From assembly GCA_964385285.1 (NCBI GenBank), contig CAYLOJ010000001.1, positions 88,537 through 152,536 on the forward strand: a DNA stretch of 64,000 bases, written 5' to 3'. Every line of letters starts with the position of its first letter. Position 1 is the first letter of the stretch. The notes below the pieces were generated by a model, which was not told the DNA's origin, ran no database searches, and saw nothing but the letters and a program-made list of their open reading frames with translations. The position numbers were made by a program, and so were the translations under genes. Source of the DNA: an uncultured Gammaproteobacteria bacterium. GTDB lineage: Bacteria > Patescibacteriota > Patescibacteriia > UBA9570. Below are positions 38,357 to 47,374 of this stretch, piece after piece.

Positions 38357-39937
38357 TTAGCATTCTCTGTCAATTATCCAGTCTGTGGATGCAGGCATTT
38401 CCTCTAAATTCGTTAGCAATCGCTCCTCTTTAGTGACTGTATTCATTGCTCGATAATACTCACCACGTGGGGGGTAGTGAAATTTGCGTCGCTCACTCAA
38501 TGTCGTACGATACCATGCAGTGGGAAAGGGTTGCATCAGAGCTTGAAGCACAGGATGCTCAGCCGCGTACGTTTGCACGATCAATTTGGAAACATGATTG
38601 CGCAACCAGATCAATTGCTGCAGTGCGAATTCATGACTGCGAAAATCTGGCCAAGCCAGTTGCGCATCAAGGCTAGTAGCTACTACCAAATCGACCGAAG
38701 ACCAAGGCAGTCGATTAAATGCAGCCGTTGTACCTACATAAATTGGTCGATCGGCGGAGGTGAGGTCGGGGATAGGAGTGGCCGCAGTCACCTCAATCAC
38801 GGGACGATCTGGATACCATTGCGCCAATTGTCGTTTCAACATACCAGTACCGAATCCCGCTACACGTAAGGTTTGGCTATGACACTGCGGACAAGCAGTC
38901 GCTTGCAGATCTGGAATCCAGTGGTGACAGGTCTTACAGACCAAACTGCGTCCTAGCCCAGTACGCTGATGCCAAACCACTACTGTGGTTGCCGCAGCCA
39001 CTTGGTCTTGGACGGCGGGCGTGAATATTTGATTAAATACCGGCCGGACTACAGTTAACTCTGGCAAATAGTCTGGGGTAAGAAGCAGGTCTAAACAAGG
39101 GTGTTGAGCATACTGCTCTAACCGTGGCGCGTAACTAAAAAAAATCGGATTAGTTTGTTGTTCCGTTACCCGCTGCACATGATAACGGGGATTCTGATCC
39201 CATTGTTTGTGGGCGGTATGTTCTGGATCCATGACCATCACTTTAGCTGCTTCTGTTAGCGGTAATAGCGCTAAGCGTTTAGTACCCAAGATCACTCTGG
39301 ATTGTCGTTGCAATAACGCATACCAAGCTTCGCGCACACTACTGCTGCGTTTAGCTTCCACCACCAAGGGACGATAACTAGCTAATACTCCTTGCCAATA
39401 CCGTAACTGAACTTCTTCCGGACAGATCAGCACAATGGGGCCAGTAGTCCCTTTGACTATCCCTAGCATCACCGCAGCTACTTCATTTAAACGCTGGTAG
39501 AGTACAGTAATGGGTTGAGTGCGTGTTAGTGTTTGCGCTACGACTTGCTGAATCAACTCGAGGCGTTTCTGATTAGCAATACCAACCCTTAATTTTACTA
39601 CTGTCTCTTGTGAAACTTGGGCACGCGGTTTGCGCACGAAATCTGGTAACATGGCATGCAGCGCTGAGGCTAAGCTAAGGTAATAGTAATCCTGAAACCA
39701 CAGCGCAAACTTCCAATAGGCCGCAGGCAAAACCAACTGCAAACGATCTGTAATCGTTTTGCTGTTCGGGTAGGAAGCTACATTGAGCTCCGTCACTACA
39801 CCAACCACCGCGCGACTCCGCCAAGGAGTCCAGACTAGCTCACCGACGCGTAGTGAGAGTTCAGTTTGGTAAGTAAAGCGATCCTTGCCGCGAATGACGC
39901 GAATCAAGGGGACGACAGTAACAAACTGCTTCATCAA
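38357..39937 (-). CDS. priA: PriA-like primosomal protein N' with degenerate ATPase motifs
   Basis: N-terminal 3'-DNA-binding domain (RVGELVWTPWRSRAVVGVVTEL). The Cys-rich zinc region (CKTCHHWIPDLQATACPQCHSQ) is intact. The PriA DEEH box reads MDPEH, and no GxGKT Walker A was found. Confidence 0.6.
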   Translation of the reverse strand: MMKQFVTVVPLIRVIRGKDRFTYQTELSLRVGELVWTPWRSRAVVGVVTELNVASYPNSKTITDRLQLVLPAAYWKFALWFQDYYYLSLASALHAMLPDFVRKPRAQVSQETVVKLRVGIANQKRLELIQQVVAQTLTRTQPITVLYQRLNEVAAVMLGIVKGTTGPIVLICPEEVQLRYWQGVLASYRPLVVEAKRSSSVREAWYALLQRQSRVILGTKRLALLPLTEAAKVMVMDPEHTAHKQWDQNPRYHVQRVTEQQTNPIFFSYAPRLEQYAQHPCLDLLLTPDYLPELTVVRPVFNQIFTPAVQDQVAAATTVVVWHQRTGLGRSLVCKTCHHWIPDLQATACPQCHSQTLRVAGFGTGMLKRQLAQWYPDRPVIEVTAATPIPDLTSADRPIYVGTTAAFNRLPWSSVDLVVATSLDAQLAWPDFRSHEFALQQLIWLRNHVSKLIVQTYAAEHPVLQALMQPFPTAWYRTTLSERRKFHYPPRGEYYRAMNTVTKEERLLTNLEEMPASTDWIIDREC

Positions 39938-40728
39938 ATTAAACTAAATTGTGCTACTAATAACCCTGAGCCGTGATCTACTTCGTAAGATAGTACAGAC
40001 GCCTGCACACGGGCACCACCCAAGGCACCAGATAATAAGACAAATGTTCGAAATTCATTCACCGATTGTGCCGATTCTGCTAATTCTAGATTAAACGACT
40101 GAAGCTGTGTGAGATCGCCACCGCGAATACAATCCAGAATAGTTTTATTGAACGCTTCACCAGCTGGATGATAACCATGCACAGAATCGGCTGACAACGT
40201 ATGCCCGAGCTCTGCCGAGCTAATCAAAGCGATACGTTTATTGCTTTGTAAGGCTACTGAGCGTAAGAGTTGTCCAAAGGCGTAATGATCTTCTACACCT
40301 AATTGAGCCAAACTAATCGGAACAATTTTTACAGTTGGCAAATGCTGTGTCAAATGATACAACGCTACTGCCGAACCGTAATCTAATTCCGGTTGGGTGA
40401 TGACATTCACGGATTGTGAGTGCTGATCAGCGTATTCTCGAATCTTGGAAACGAGTTCAATATCACCATGCAATCGTAGCGATGTATTGGCATCCCCAAA
40501 ATCTTCATAGGTACAGATAAACTCAGGTGATAAATTCACACTAAAAGCTGCCTCACTCATTGGGGCATGGGGTGAGATCAAGAAAATAGTATCCGGTTGC
40601 ATCACATACAACTCACCTTCTAACTCTTTCATTGCTGCCAATGTACTTTGTAGTTGTTCACCGTTACCACGCACAGTGGGTAATGTACTAGGCGAGTGGG
40701 GAACGATGGCAGCGAAAACGAGTGACAT
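39934..40728 (-). CDS. Class III extradiol dioxygenase-like protein (LigB/YgiD family)
   Basis: N-terminal AAIVPHSPS and FLISPHAPM blocks resemble the YgiD/DODA blocks GHGSP and SAHW. Family-level call only. Confidence 0.4.
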   Translation of the reverse strand: MSLVFAAIVPHSPSTLPTVRGNGEQLQSTLAAMKELEGELYVMQPDTIFLISPHAPMSEAAFSVNLSPEFICTYEDFGDANTSLRLHGDIELVSKIREYADQHSQSVNVITQPELDYGSAVALYHLTQHLPTVKIVPISLAQLGVEDHYAFGQLLRSVALQSNKRIALISSAELGHTLSADSVHGYHPAGEAFNKTILDCIRGGDLTQLQSFNLELAESAQSVNEFRTFVLLSGALGGARVQASVLSYEVDHGSGLLVAQFSLI

Positions 40729-40740
40729 AAGGGGTAGTAA

Positions 40741-42234
40741 TTAGTGGTTGCGATGCTTAGACTTCTGTGTAGTCTGGGCACCAGAATTAGTTGTCGAATT
40801 GGCCTGAGTTTTTTTGGTAGTCTTGGACTTCGTAATACGTAATGGTTTGCCGGTTTCATGTAGTTTAAGCTCAACTTTGCTGGCGGTAACTACATTCCCA
40901 AAGCCACCTAATCGGTCGAGTACTTCCCCCGAAACGACCGGACGTTTCTTACCCTCATCGATGACATAAATTGTATCGCGTTCTGGAATTTTTAGTAAAG
41001 TGCCATCTGCATACTTTACTGGATTACCTGCATCATAGTGATCTAACTCAGATGCGCTCTGACTATGAATCGCATAACCTTTGAATCGATTCTCTAAGAT
41101 ATTGCGCGACCAGATCGGATGCAGCCGTGCAGCATCATCCAAATACACCACTGCTCCGGTACTGCTATTTTGTAAGATCGCACCCAATGGATACTGGTCA
41201 GCTGCGGTGATCGGAGGATTGTCGGCAATCTGATCTAAATCTGCTTGGTTCATTGGCAAGACCTCCTCCGGATTATAACCTAACTGCCGGAAGACTTCAG
41301 CAGAAGTAATAGCTCGTTTTTTGTGATCACTGTCGATCAAATAGATTCCACCCGTTGGGGCCTGAACCAAAATAAACTTAGGAACAAGAATGGGATCGCC
41401 TTCATCATAGCGATCAATCACTGAACTATCGACGACTACAATTTGATTAGGGTTGTAATTCGCCAATAACGCGGCGTACGAAGTAATCGGTCGTAATTCT
41501 CCATTGTCCAATTTATACACGGCACCCGTGAGCGAGTCCTGCATTAATGTGAGGTTGGGGTACTTGAGAATTTCAGAGGCCCGATTAGGGAAAAATCGCT
41601 CCATCAGATCAAAGAAGAGGGAATTGCCGCCAACCGTAGCATCACCACCGTGATAACCTAGCCACGGTGTGTAGGTATATAAGACAGCCGTGGCTTTGTT
41701 TTGTGGAGTAATTGAGATGCCATCCAATGTTGTTTTGGTAATACCAACACCCCAACCAGAAACGGTGCTGTTGCGACTGGCAAGATCAGTGAGATAGGAA
41801 TCACGAATACGACTACCCGCAGCATCCAGTTGCTTTGCAAAGCCCTTGTATTGAATGACGCGCGGATCATCTTTGCTGCAACTATCGCAAACTCCGTAGC
41901 CTAACACCCAATCCAATAAACGACTATTGCTGCCAGTGACTAAACTGGATTCTTTTTGAATGGTCGACAAAATAAACTGCGGGTTTAGCTGATAGCGATT
42001 TGCCGTATTGTAGACAATCTCCGCTGCCGATCGTTGCACACCATCAACATCGGTCGTTGAATAGTCGGCCAAAATTCCGCCTTCGCGGTCTAGGAACGTC
42101 TGAATCCCACTCAAGGACATTCTCGAATAATCAGTCAAATCATCATCACTGATGATTTTATGAGGATTAAACGTGGCGGCTTGTCCAACGACTGGAAATA
42201 AAATTGCTAATGTTAGGGCTATTTTTTTGAACAT
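40741..42234 (-). CDS. Secreted hypothetical protein
   Basis: Signal peptide MFKKIALTLAILFPVVGQA. 497 aa with a Lys/Thr-rich basic C-terminal tail. Confidence 0.4.
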   Translation of the reverse strand: MFKKIALTLAILFPVVGQAATFNPHKIISDDDLTDYSRMSLSGIQTFLDREGGILADYSTTDVDGVQRSAAEIVYNTANRYQLNPQFILSTIQKESSLVTGSNSRLLDWVLGYGVCDSCSKDDPRVIQYKGFAKQLDAAGSRIRDSYLTDLASRNSTVSGWGVGITKTTLDGISITPQNKATAVLYTYTPWLGYHGGDATVGGNSLFFDLMERFFPNRASEILKYPNLTLMQDSLTGAVYKLDNGELRPITSYAALLANYNPNQIVVVDSSVIDRYDEGDPILVPKFILVQAPTGGIYLIDSDHKKRAITSAEVFRQLGYNPEEVLPMNQADLDQIADNPPITAADQYPLGAILQNSSTGAVVYLDDAARLHPIWSRNILENRFKGYAIHSQSASELDHYDAGNPVKYADGTLLKIPERDTIYVIDEGKKRPVVSGEVLDRLGGFGNVVTASKVELKLHETGKPLRITKSKTTKKTQANSTTNSGAQTTQKSKHRNH

Positions 42235-42278
42235 ATCTCTTTCATTATAGACGACTTTATGATACAGTTCAACCCGTT

Positions 42279-42974
42279 ATGGCAGATCTTGTCCGCCCAA
42301 AGGTATTGGGTGTTGAAATTAATCCAACTACACTAGCTGAAGCTGCTCATACCGCACTCCAGTGGTTGGGTCAATCCACGCTCCAGCCTAAATTGATTTT
42401 TACTCCTAATCCCGAAATGCTGGTTTATGGGCAACGTCATCCGGAATTTCGGACATTACTTAATCAAGGTGATCTAAATTTGCCAGATGGCACAGGTGTA
42501 GTCTGGTTCAGCCATGGACGCATTCCCACTCGCGTCACGGGCACAGACCTAGTGCAACAACTGATCTCAACTTCGGCATCAATAGGTTGCGTGATCGATC
42601 CGAATGGACTATCAAGTAAAGCAGAGATTCAACGAGCACTACCCCAAGCGGAAATTATTACTCCTCAGGAACTTTTCCGCACTCAACCACAACTCATCTT
42701 AGTTGCCTTAGGTAATCCAAAACAAGAACAGTGGATGCTTGAGCATCGCCAAATGGCAGGGTGCCGTGTCATGATGGGAGTAGGGAGTAGCTTGGATCAT
42801 CTCACTGGTAAACAGCGCCGTGCCCCATTGATTTTTCAGCATCTTCGGTTAGAATGGCTATGGCGTCTCTGCACACAACCACGCCGCTTCAAACGCATCG
42901 TGACAGCTATTATTATCTTTCCATATTTAGTCTTAACGAGTTCTGATTCAACTAACCCAGTATCCCATGACTGA
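42279..42974 (+). CDS. WecB/TagA/CpsF-family glycosyltransferase
   Basis: VLGVEINPTTLAEAA N-terminus, an LNLPDGTGVVW block and typical length (231 aa). Confidence 0.7.
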   Translation: MADLVRPKVLGVEINPTTLAEAAHTALQWLGQSTLQPKLIFTPNPEMLVYGQRHPEFRTLLNQGDLNLPDGTGVVWFSHGRIPTRVTGTDLVQQLISTSASIGCVIDPNGLSSKAEIQRALPQAEIITPQELFRTQPQLILVALGNPKQEQWMLEHRQMAGCRVMMGVGSSLDHLTGKQRRAPLIFQHLRLEWLWRLCTQPRRFKRIVTAIIIFPYLVLTSSDSTNPVSHD

Positions 42975-44373
42975 AGTTCGCACACGTTTCGCACCCTCGC
43001 CAACCGGCAACCTACATATCGGCGGAGCCCGCACTGCTCTGTATTCATATTTGTGGGCCAAAAAAAATCAGGGGAAATTTTATTTGCGCATTGAAGATAC
43101 AGATCGCACACGTTATCAAGCTGGTGCAGAAGCAAGTATTTACGATGGATTAAAATGGATTGGCTTAACCTGGGAGCCTGAGGTCATTAAACAATCTACT
43201 CGCACAGAGATTTATCGTACGCATGCGGCACAACTAGTGGAAGCTGGTAAAGCCTACTACTGTTTTTGTACGGCCGAACGCTTAGAGATGATGCGCGAAA
43301 TACAGATGAAGAAAGGGCGCGCTCCAAAGTATGACAAAACTTGCTTACGACTAAGCGCTGAAGAAGTCAAAGCCAAGCTGGAAAATCAAGAGCGTCATGT
43401 CGTTCGCCTGAATATCGCCGAGCAAGGCACAGTACGCGTCAACGACTTAGTGCGCGGAGCGATTGATTTTCGCTGCGAGGAACTGGATGATCAAATCCTA
43501 TTAAAATCTGACGGCTTTCCTACCTATCATCTTGCTGTAGTAATTGATGATCACGCCCTAGGAATTACACATGTCATTCGTGGCGAAGAATGGATTCCAT
43601 CCACCCCCAAACACGTTTTGCTTTACCAAGCATTCGGCTGGGATGCACCAACGTTTGCCCATCTTTCTCTATTCATCAACAAAGGGGGAGGGAAGCTATC
43701 CAAACGTGAAGGAGCGACTTCATTGTTAGAATATCGCACTCAAGGGTATTTGCCAGAAGCGGTAGTCAATTTTATTGCCTTTTTGGGATGGAATCCAAAA
43801 TCAACTGAAGAATTTTTTAGCTTAGAACAATTAGCTGCTGCCTTTGAATTGAATCAGATCAATACGGCAAATCCTATCTTCGATACCGAGAAACTGGATT
43901 GGTATAACGGACAGTACCTACGACGCTTGACACTCGATGAATTATTAAAGCTCTGCCGACCCTATCTGCCTGCAGCCGAGGATGACTATCTGAAACAAGT
44001 ACTAGCTCTTGAGCAAGATCGCCTAAAAAAACTGACCGACATTACTGAGCTGACCAGTTTCTTTTTCGCGGATAATTTAAAGTATGAACCGAGTTTGCTC
44101 GTCTGGAAAAAATCAACTCCAGCACAATCGAAAGAAGCGTTACAACGCGTAGCAGATTTCTTGAAGACACTTGAAGATTGGAGTGCAACCAACCTAGAGG
44201 CGCAAGTCTTGCCTTGGATTAAGGATCAAGGTTTACAAAATGGCGACGTCTTATGGCCATTGCGCGCAGCTTTGTCCGGACAAAAATTTTCTCCACCACC
44301 GTTCGCAATTGCAGCCATTCTGGGTAAAACCCGTAGTCTGTCCCGTGTCCAAGCGGCGATTGATCTGCTATAA
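42967..44373 (+). CDS. gltX: Glutamyl-tRNA synthetase
   Basis: RTRFAPSPTGNLHIGGARTALY contains the HIGH motif. KLSKR is present (GGGKLSKREG). Confidence 0.9.
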   Translation: MTEVRTRFAPSPTGNLHIGGARTALYSYLWAKKNQGKFYLRIEDTDRTRYQAGAEASIYDGLKWIGLTWEPEVIKQSTRTEIYRTHAAQLVEAGKAYYCFCTAERLEMMREIQMKKGRAPKYDKTCLRLSAEEVKAKLENQERHVVRLNIAEQGTVRVNDLVRGAIDFRCEELDDQILLKSDGFPTYHLAVVIDDHALGITHVIRGEEWIPSTPKHVLLYQAFGWDAPTFAHLSLFINKGGGKLSKREGATSLLEYRTQGYLPEAVVNFIAFLGWNPKSTEEFFSLEQLAAAFELNQINTANPIFDTEKLDWYNGQYLRRLTLDELLKLCRPYLPAAEDDYLKQVLALEQDRLKKLTDITELTSFFFADNLKYEPSLLVWKKSTPAQSKEALQRVADFLKTLEDWSATNLEAQVLPWIKDQGLQNGDVLWPLRAALSGQKFSPPPFAIAAILGKTRSLSRVQAAIDLL

Positions 44374-45606
44374 TTGAGTTCTATGAAAAAAATCGCCCTA
44401 TTGTTCGCTGTGTCCGTGCTTTTCCCAGCTACGTTAGTGCGTGCGGCCGACAAGGCGGACTTAGCTGACATCCAGGCTAAATTAAAAGAGAAGCAGCAGG
44501 CCTATGATGACCTCCAATCCAAAATTGATGTCTACGAAGAAAACTTAAAGTCAAAGCAGCAAGAAAAAACTACCCTGAACAGTCAGGTGGAGGTATTGGA
44601 TCAAAATATTGATCTCACCAAATCAGAGATGGAGCAGACGGAAATTGAAATTGATAGTTTGGGCTTAGAGATCGACACGCTGCAGATTACTCTCAATGAT
44701 ACACAAGACACGATTGAATCGCATCAAGGTCATATGGAAGACCTCATTCGTGATCTGTATGATTACGACCAGCGCACCTATTTAGAGATTGCCTTATCCC
44801 ATTCGACATTATCAGATTTTTCCACTCAGGTAGAGTACACAGAAAGTGTGAATGATCAGTTCCGCAGTGCTGTCGATAGTTTAAAGCAACTAAAAAAACA
44901 ATTAAAAGAAGATAAAGAAGACCTTTCTGCAAAGCAAGATGCCGAGGAACAGAAAAAAGTGGAATTGACGACTCGCCAAGAGACGTTACAAGGCGAAATT
45001 GATTACAAAACTGGTTTGCTCGCCACAGTCGAAAACGATGAGAGTAAATTTCAACAGCTGATCAAAGATATTCAGCAAGAACAGGAAGGTTACAATGCTG
45101 AGATCTCACAATTGGAAAAATCGGCTCGTGCTACGTATGATGAAATCAATGCTGGAAAAACGGACGACAGTGGCAATGTGACCGATACCTTACCCAGTGA
45201 ATTTGATCCTATCTGGCCTGCGAGTTGTATTGTGACGACCACCTTTCATGATCCTAACTACATTTTTCGTGCTTCCTTTGAGCACGACGCCATTGATTGC
45301 GCCGCTCCACAAGGCACACCACTAAAAGCTGCTGATAGTGGGGTAGTGAGTGTGACGCGTTTTGATGGAACTTCCAATTACGCCTACGTCTTGATTGTAC
45401 ATGCTGATAATTTTTCAACTGTGTATGGTCATGTGAGCGCCATCTATGTCGAGCCTGGTGAAGTGGTACAAAAAGGTCAGATTATTGGAGCAATGGGTGG
45501 CTTGCCCGGCACCCCTGGCTCTGGTGCCTACACAACCGGACCACATGTACATTTTGGTGTACGCTTGAATGGCATTCCTGTGGATCCGTTGTTGTACTTA
45601 CCATAA
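44374..45606 (+). CDS. M23-family peptidase with N-terminal coiled coil (EnvC-like)
   Basis: Signal peptide, a long coiled coil, and a C-terminal LytM domain carrying HVHFGVRLNG. Confidence 0.75.
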   Translation: MSSMKKIALLFAVSVLFPATLVRAADKADLADIQAKLKEKQQAYDDLQSKIDVYEENLKSKQQEKTTLNSQVEVLDQNIDLTKSEMEQTEIEIDSLGLEIDTLQITLNDTQDTIESHQGHMEDLIRDLYDYDQRTYLEIALSHSTLSDFSTQVEYTESVNDQFRSAVDSLKQLKKQLKEDKEDLSAKQDAEEQKKVELTTRQETLQGEIDYKTGLLATVENDESKFQQLIKDIQQEQEGYNAEISQLEKSARATYDEINAGKTDDSGNVTDTLPSEFDPIWPASCIVTTTFHDPNYIFRASFEHDAIDCAAPQGTPLKAADSGVVSVTRFDGTSNYAYVLIVHADNFSTVYGHVSAIYVEPGEVVQKGQIIGAMGGLPGTPGSGAYTTGPHVHFGVRLNGIPVDPLLYLP

Positions 45607-45627
45607 ACAGATCCATATAAAGCGAAA

Positions 45628-45693
45628 GACCCTGAAAGACTGTCGTTGAATGGCACCAAGTTACGGTGCAATTCACACTAGTCTTTCAGGGTC
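45628..45693. repeat. 14-bp perfect inverted repeat with 38-nt spacer at the island boundary (possible terminator for the minus-strand gene)
   Basis: GACCCTGAAAGACT (45628-45641) pairs with AGTCTTTCAGGGTC (45680-45693). On the minus strand it is followed by TTTCGCTTTATAT. Confidence 0.4.
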
Positions 45694-45711
45694 ATCGCAT
45701 TCATTGCAGCA

Positions 45712-47169
45712 TCACCACCAGCGGAGCGTGACGTACGGTCCGACTCGCCCCACCAGCTGGAAGCCGACGGGAGTCTGGAACGTTGCCTCCACCTCACCGG
45801 CTTTGGTGTACAGCGTCGTGGGCAGAGAGGCGCCGTTGGTGTAGCGCATCTCCAAAGCTCCGAAGACGCCGACGTTCCAGCCGTAGCGCTCGCCCGTGTG
45901 TTGACCAACACCAGCACGCAGGCCAGGACCATACCAAGGCATCATCTGCACCTGGGTGAATTGATTGTGGTTTGAGCCACAAAGCATATTCAGGTCCGAG
46001 CCCTCTTCACAGTTGAACACAGTCGGACCGAAGCCCGCCATGATCAGCGGATTGATCCGGTACTCCCACGACTTGCCGAGATCGTGGTGGAGCACCGGTC
46101 CGAAGCCCACGTAAACATCTGGCACGATGGTGCCTGCCGCCTTGTCCTCGTTGATCAAGGCCCCGGCGAGAGCTACGTAGATCTGCTGGCTGTACTGCAG
46201 CTGGAGGAGATCGAACTGGAGACCGGAGCTTGCCCAACCCAGCCGGTTGCCGTTGGCACTGATCGTGACGACCGGGATTGGCAAAGTCACCGCACCGAAC
46301 GGGTGCACCTGCAGCGCGGGAGCGGCGGAGGCAACAGGAGCCGTGGCAGTGAACAGCACGTTGTCCGGCAGTTTGGGCGCGTACGTGCCCTTGCCGTCGA
46401 ATCCCACCACTTCATAGAATTGGCAGCTTCCGCTGACCAACTCGTAGGTCGTTTTGGGAGTGCTGACTCCACGCTGATTGGGATCGCTCACGCTCTTGGT
46501 CACCGTCTTGTAGACGGCGACGAACCAGCGACCAGCCCCGTACAGGGTGTCACTGGTCGCCTTGCCCGAGATCCCGAGCGGGCTGACGGCAGCATCCAAT
46601 TTCTTGGGGCACTGCTTCGCCGTCGCTTCAGCGAGGTCGCGGATGCGAACGTACCCAGGCTGCACCTGTGGAATCTGGATATCCAAATCCAAGAAGTACA
46701 GCTTCTTGTCTGGCGCCCAGCTGATTACAGGCTTGTAAACCTGGTCAACCTGATGCTCGACGACCTGGCGGGGCTGGCAACTGTCGGGTTCGAGAACCCA
46801 GCTGTTACGATCCACCCGATGGTAGACCCCTACATAGTAGGTGTCACCGGGGGTGAGGACGTAGTCATCGCTGGAGTACCGGACGTCCGCGAGTGACCGC
46901 TTCCAGGGATGGAAGAGGTTGCCGTTGATGTCGACCGGGTCTGGAGCAGCCGGACAACTCCGGTTGATGTAGACCGCGACCAGGTAGTTCGCCGGAATGT
47001 AGTCCGCCTTGTTGATCCTCAAGTCGGGCTCCGAGAACCGGAGGTTGATCTCCTGGTTCGTTCGGTCGATAGCGGTCGCATCCTGGGCCCGAGCCACCGG
47101 CATGGTGACGAGAAGGGTAAGGAGGCAAGCCGCCAGCACGAGCAGGGAGCGGGTGAGAGAGAGCAGCAC
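45712..47169 (-). CDS. GC-rich secreted protein, possible outer-membrane beta-barrel
   Basis: GTG start preceded by GAGGTG. Signal peptide (LLVLAACLLTLLVTMPVARA). The C-terminal half is Gly/aromatic-rich with alternating hydrophobics and ends ...TLRWW. About 65% GC. Confidence 0.5.
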   Translation of the reverse strand: MLLSLTRSLLVLAACLLTLLVTMPVARAQDATAIDRTNQEINLRFSEPDLRINKADYIPANYLVAVYINRSCPAAPDPVDINGNLFHPWKRSLADVRYSSDDYVLTPGDTYYVGVYHRVDRNSWVLEPDSCQPRQVVEHQVDQVYKPVISWAPDKKLYFLDLDIQIPQVQPGYVRIRDLAEATAKQCPKKLDAAVSPLGISGKATSDTLYGAGRWFVAVYKTVTKSVSDPNQRGVSTPKTTYELVSGSCQFYEVVGFDGKGTYAPKLPDNVLFTATAPVASAAPALQVHPFGAVTLPIPVVTISANGNRLGWASSGLQFDLLQLQYSQQIYVALAGALINEDKAAGTIVPDVYVGFGPVLHHDLGKSWEYRINPLIMAGFGPTVFNCEEGSDLNMLCGSNHNQFTQVQMMPWYGPGLRAGVGQHTGERYGWNVGVFGALEMRYTNGASLPTTLYTKAGEVEATFQTPVGFQLVGRVGPYVTLRWW

Positions 47170-47374
47170 GAAGCACCTCGTTTCGCTTGGGTTATTGCTG
47201 ATGGAACACTTTCAATGAACGCAATGGACGAACTATTCGCCCAAACGAACTGATCATGAATGGAATCATGCTCAACTCATTTGGGTGGGCCGGCAGGGGA
47301 ATGCAGAACAAGTCATACACGCCCCCACCGACCGATTCCTCCTCAGGAACCCTTAGATACAGACACCCAGTCGG

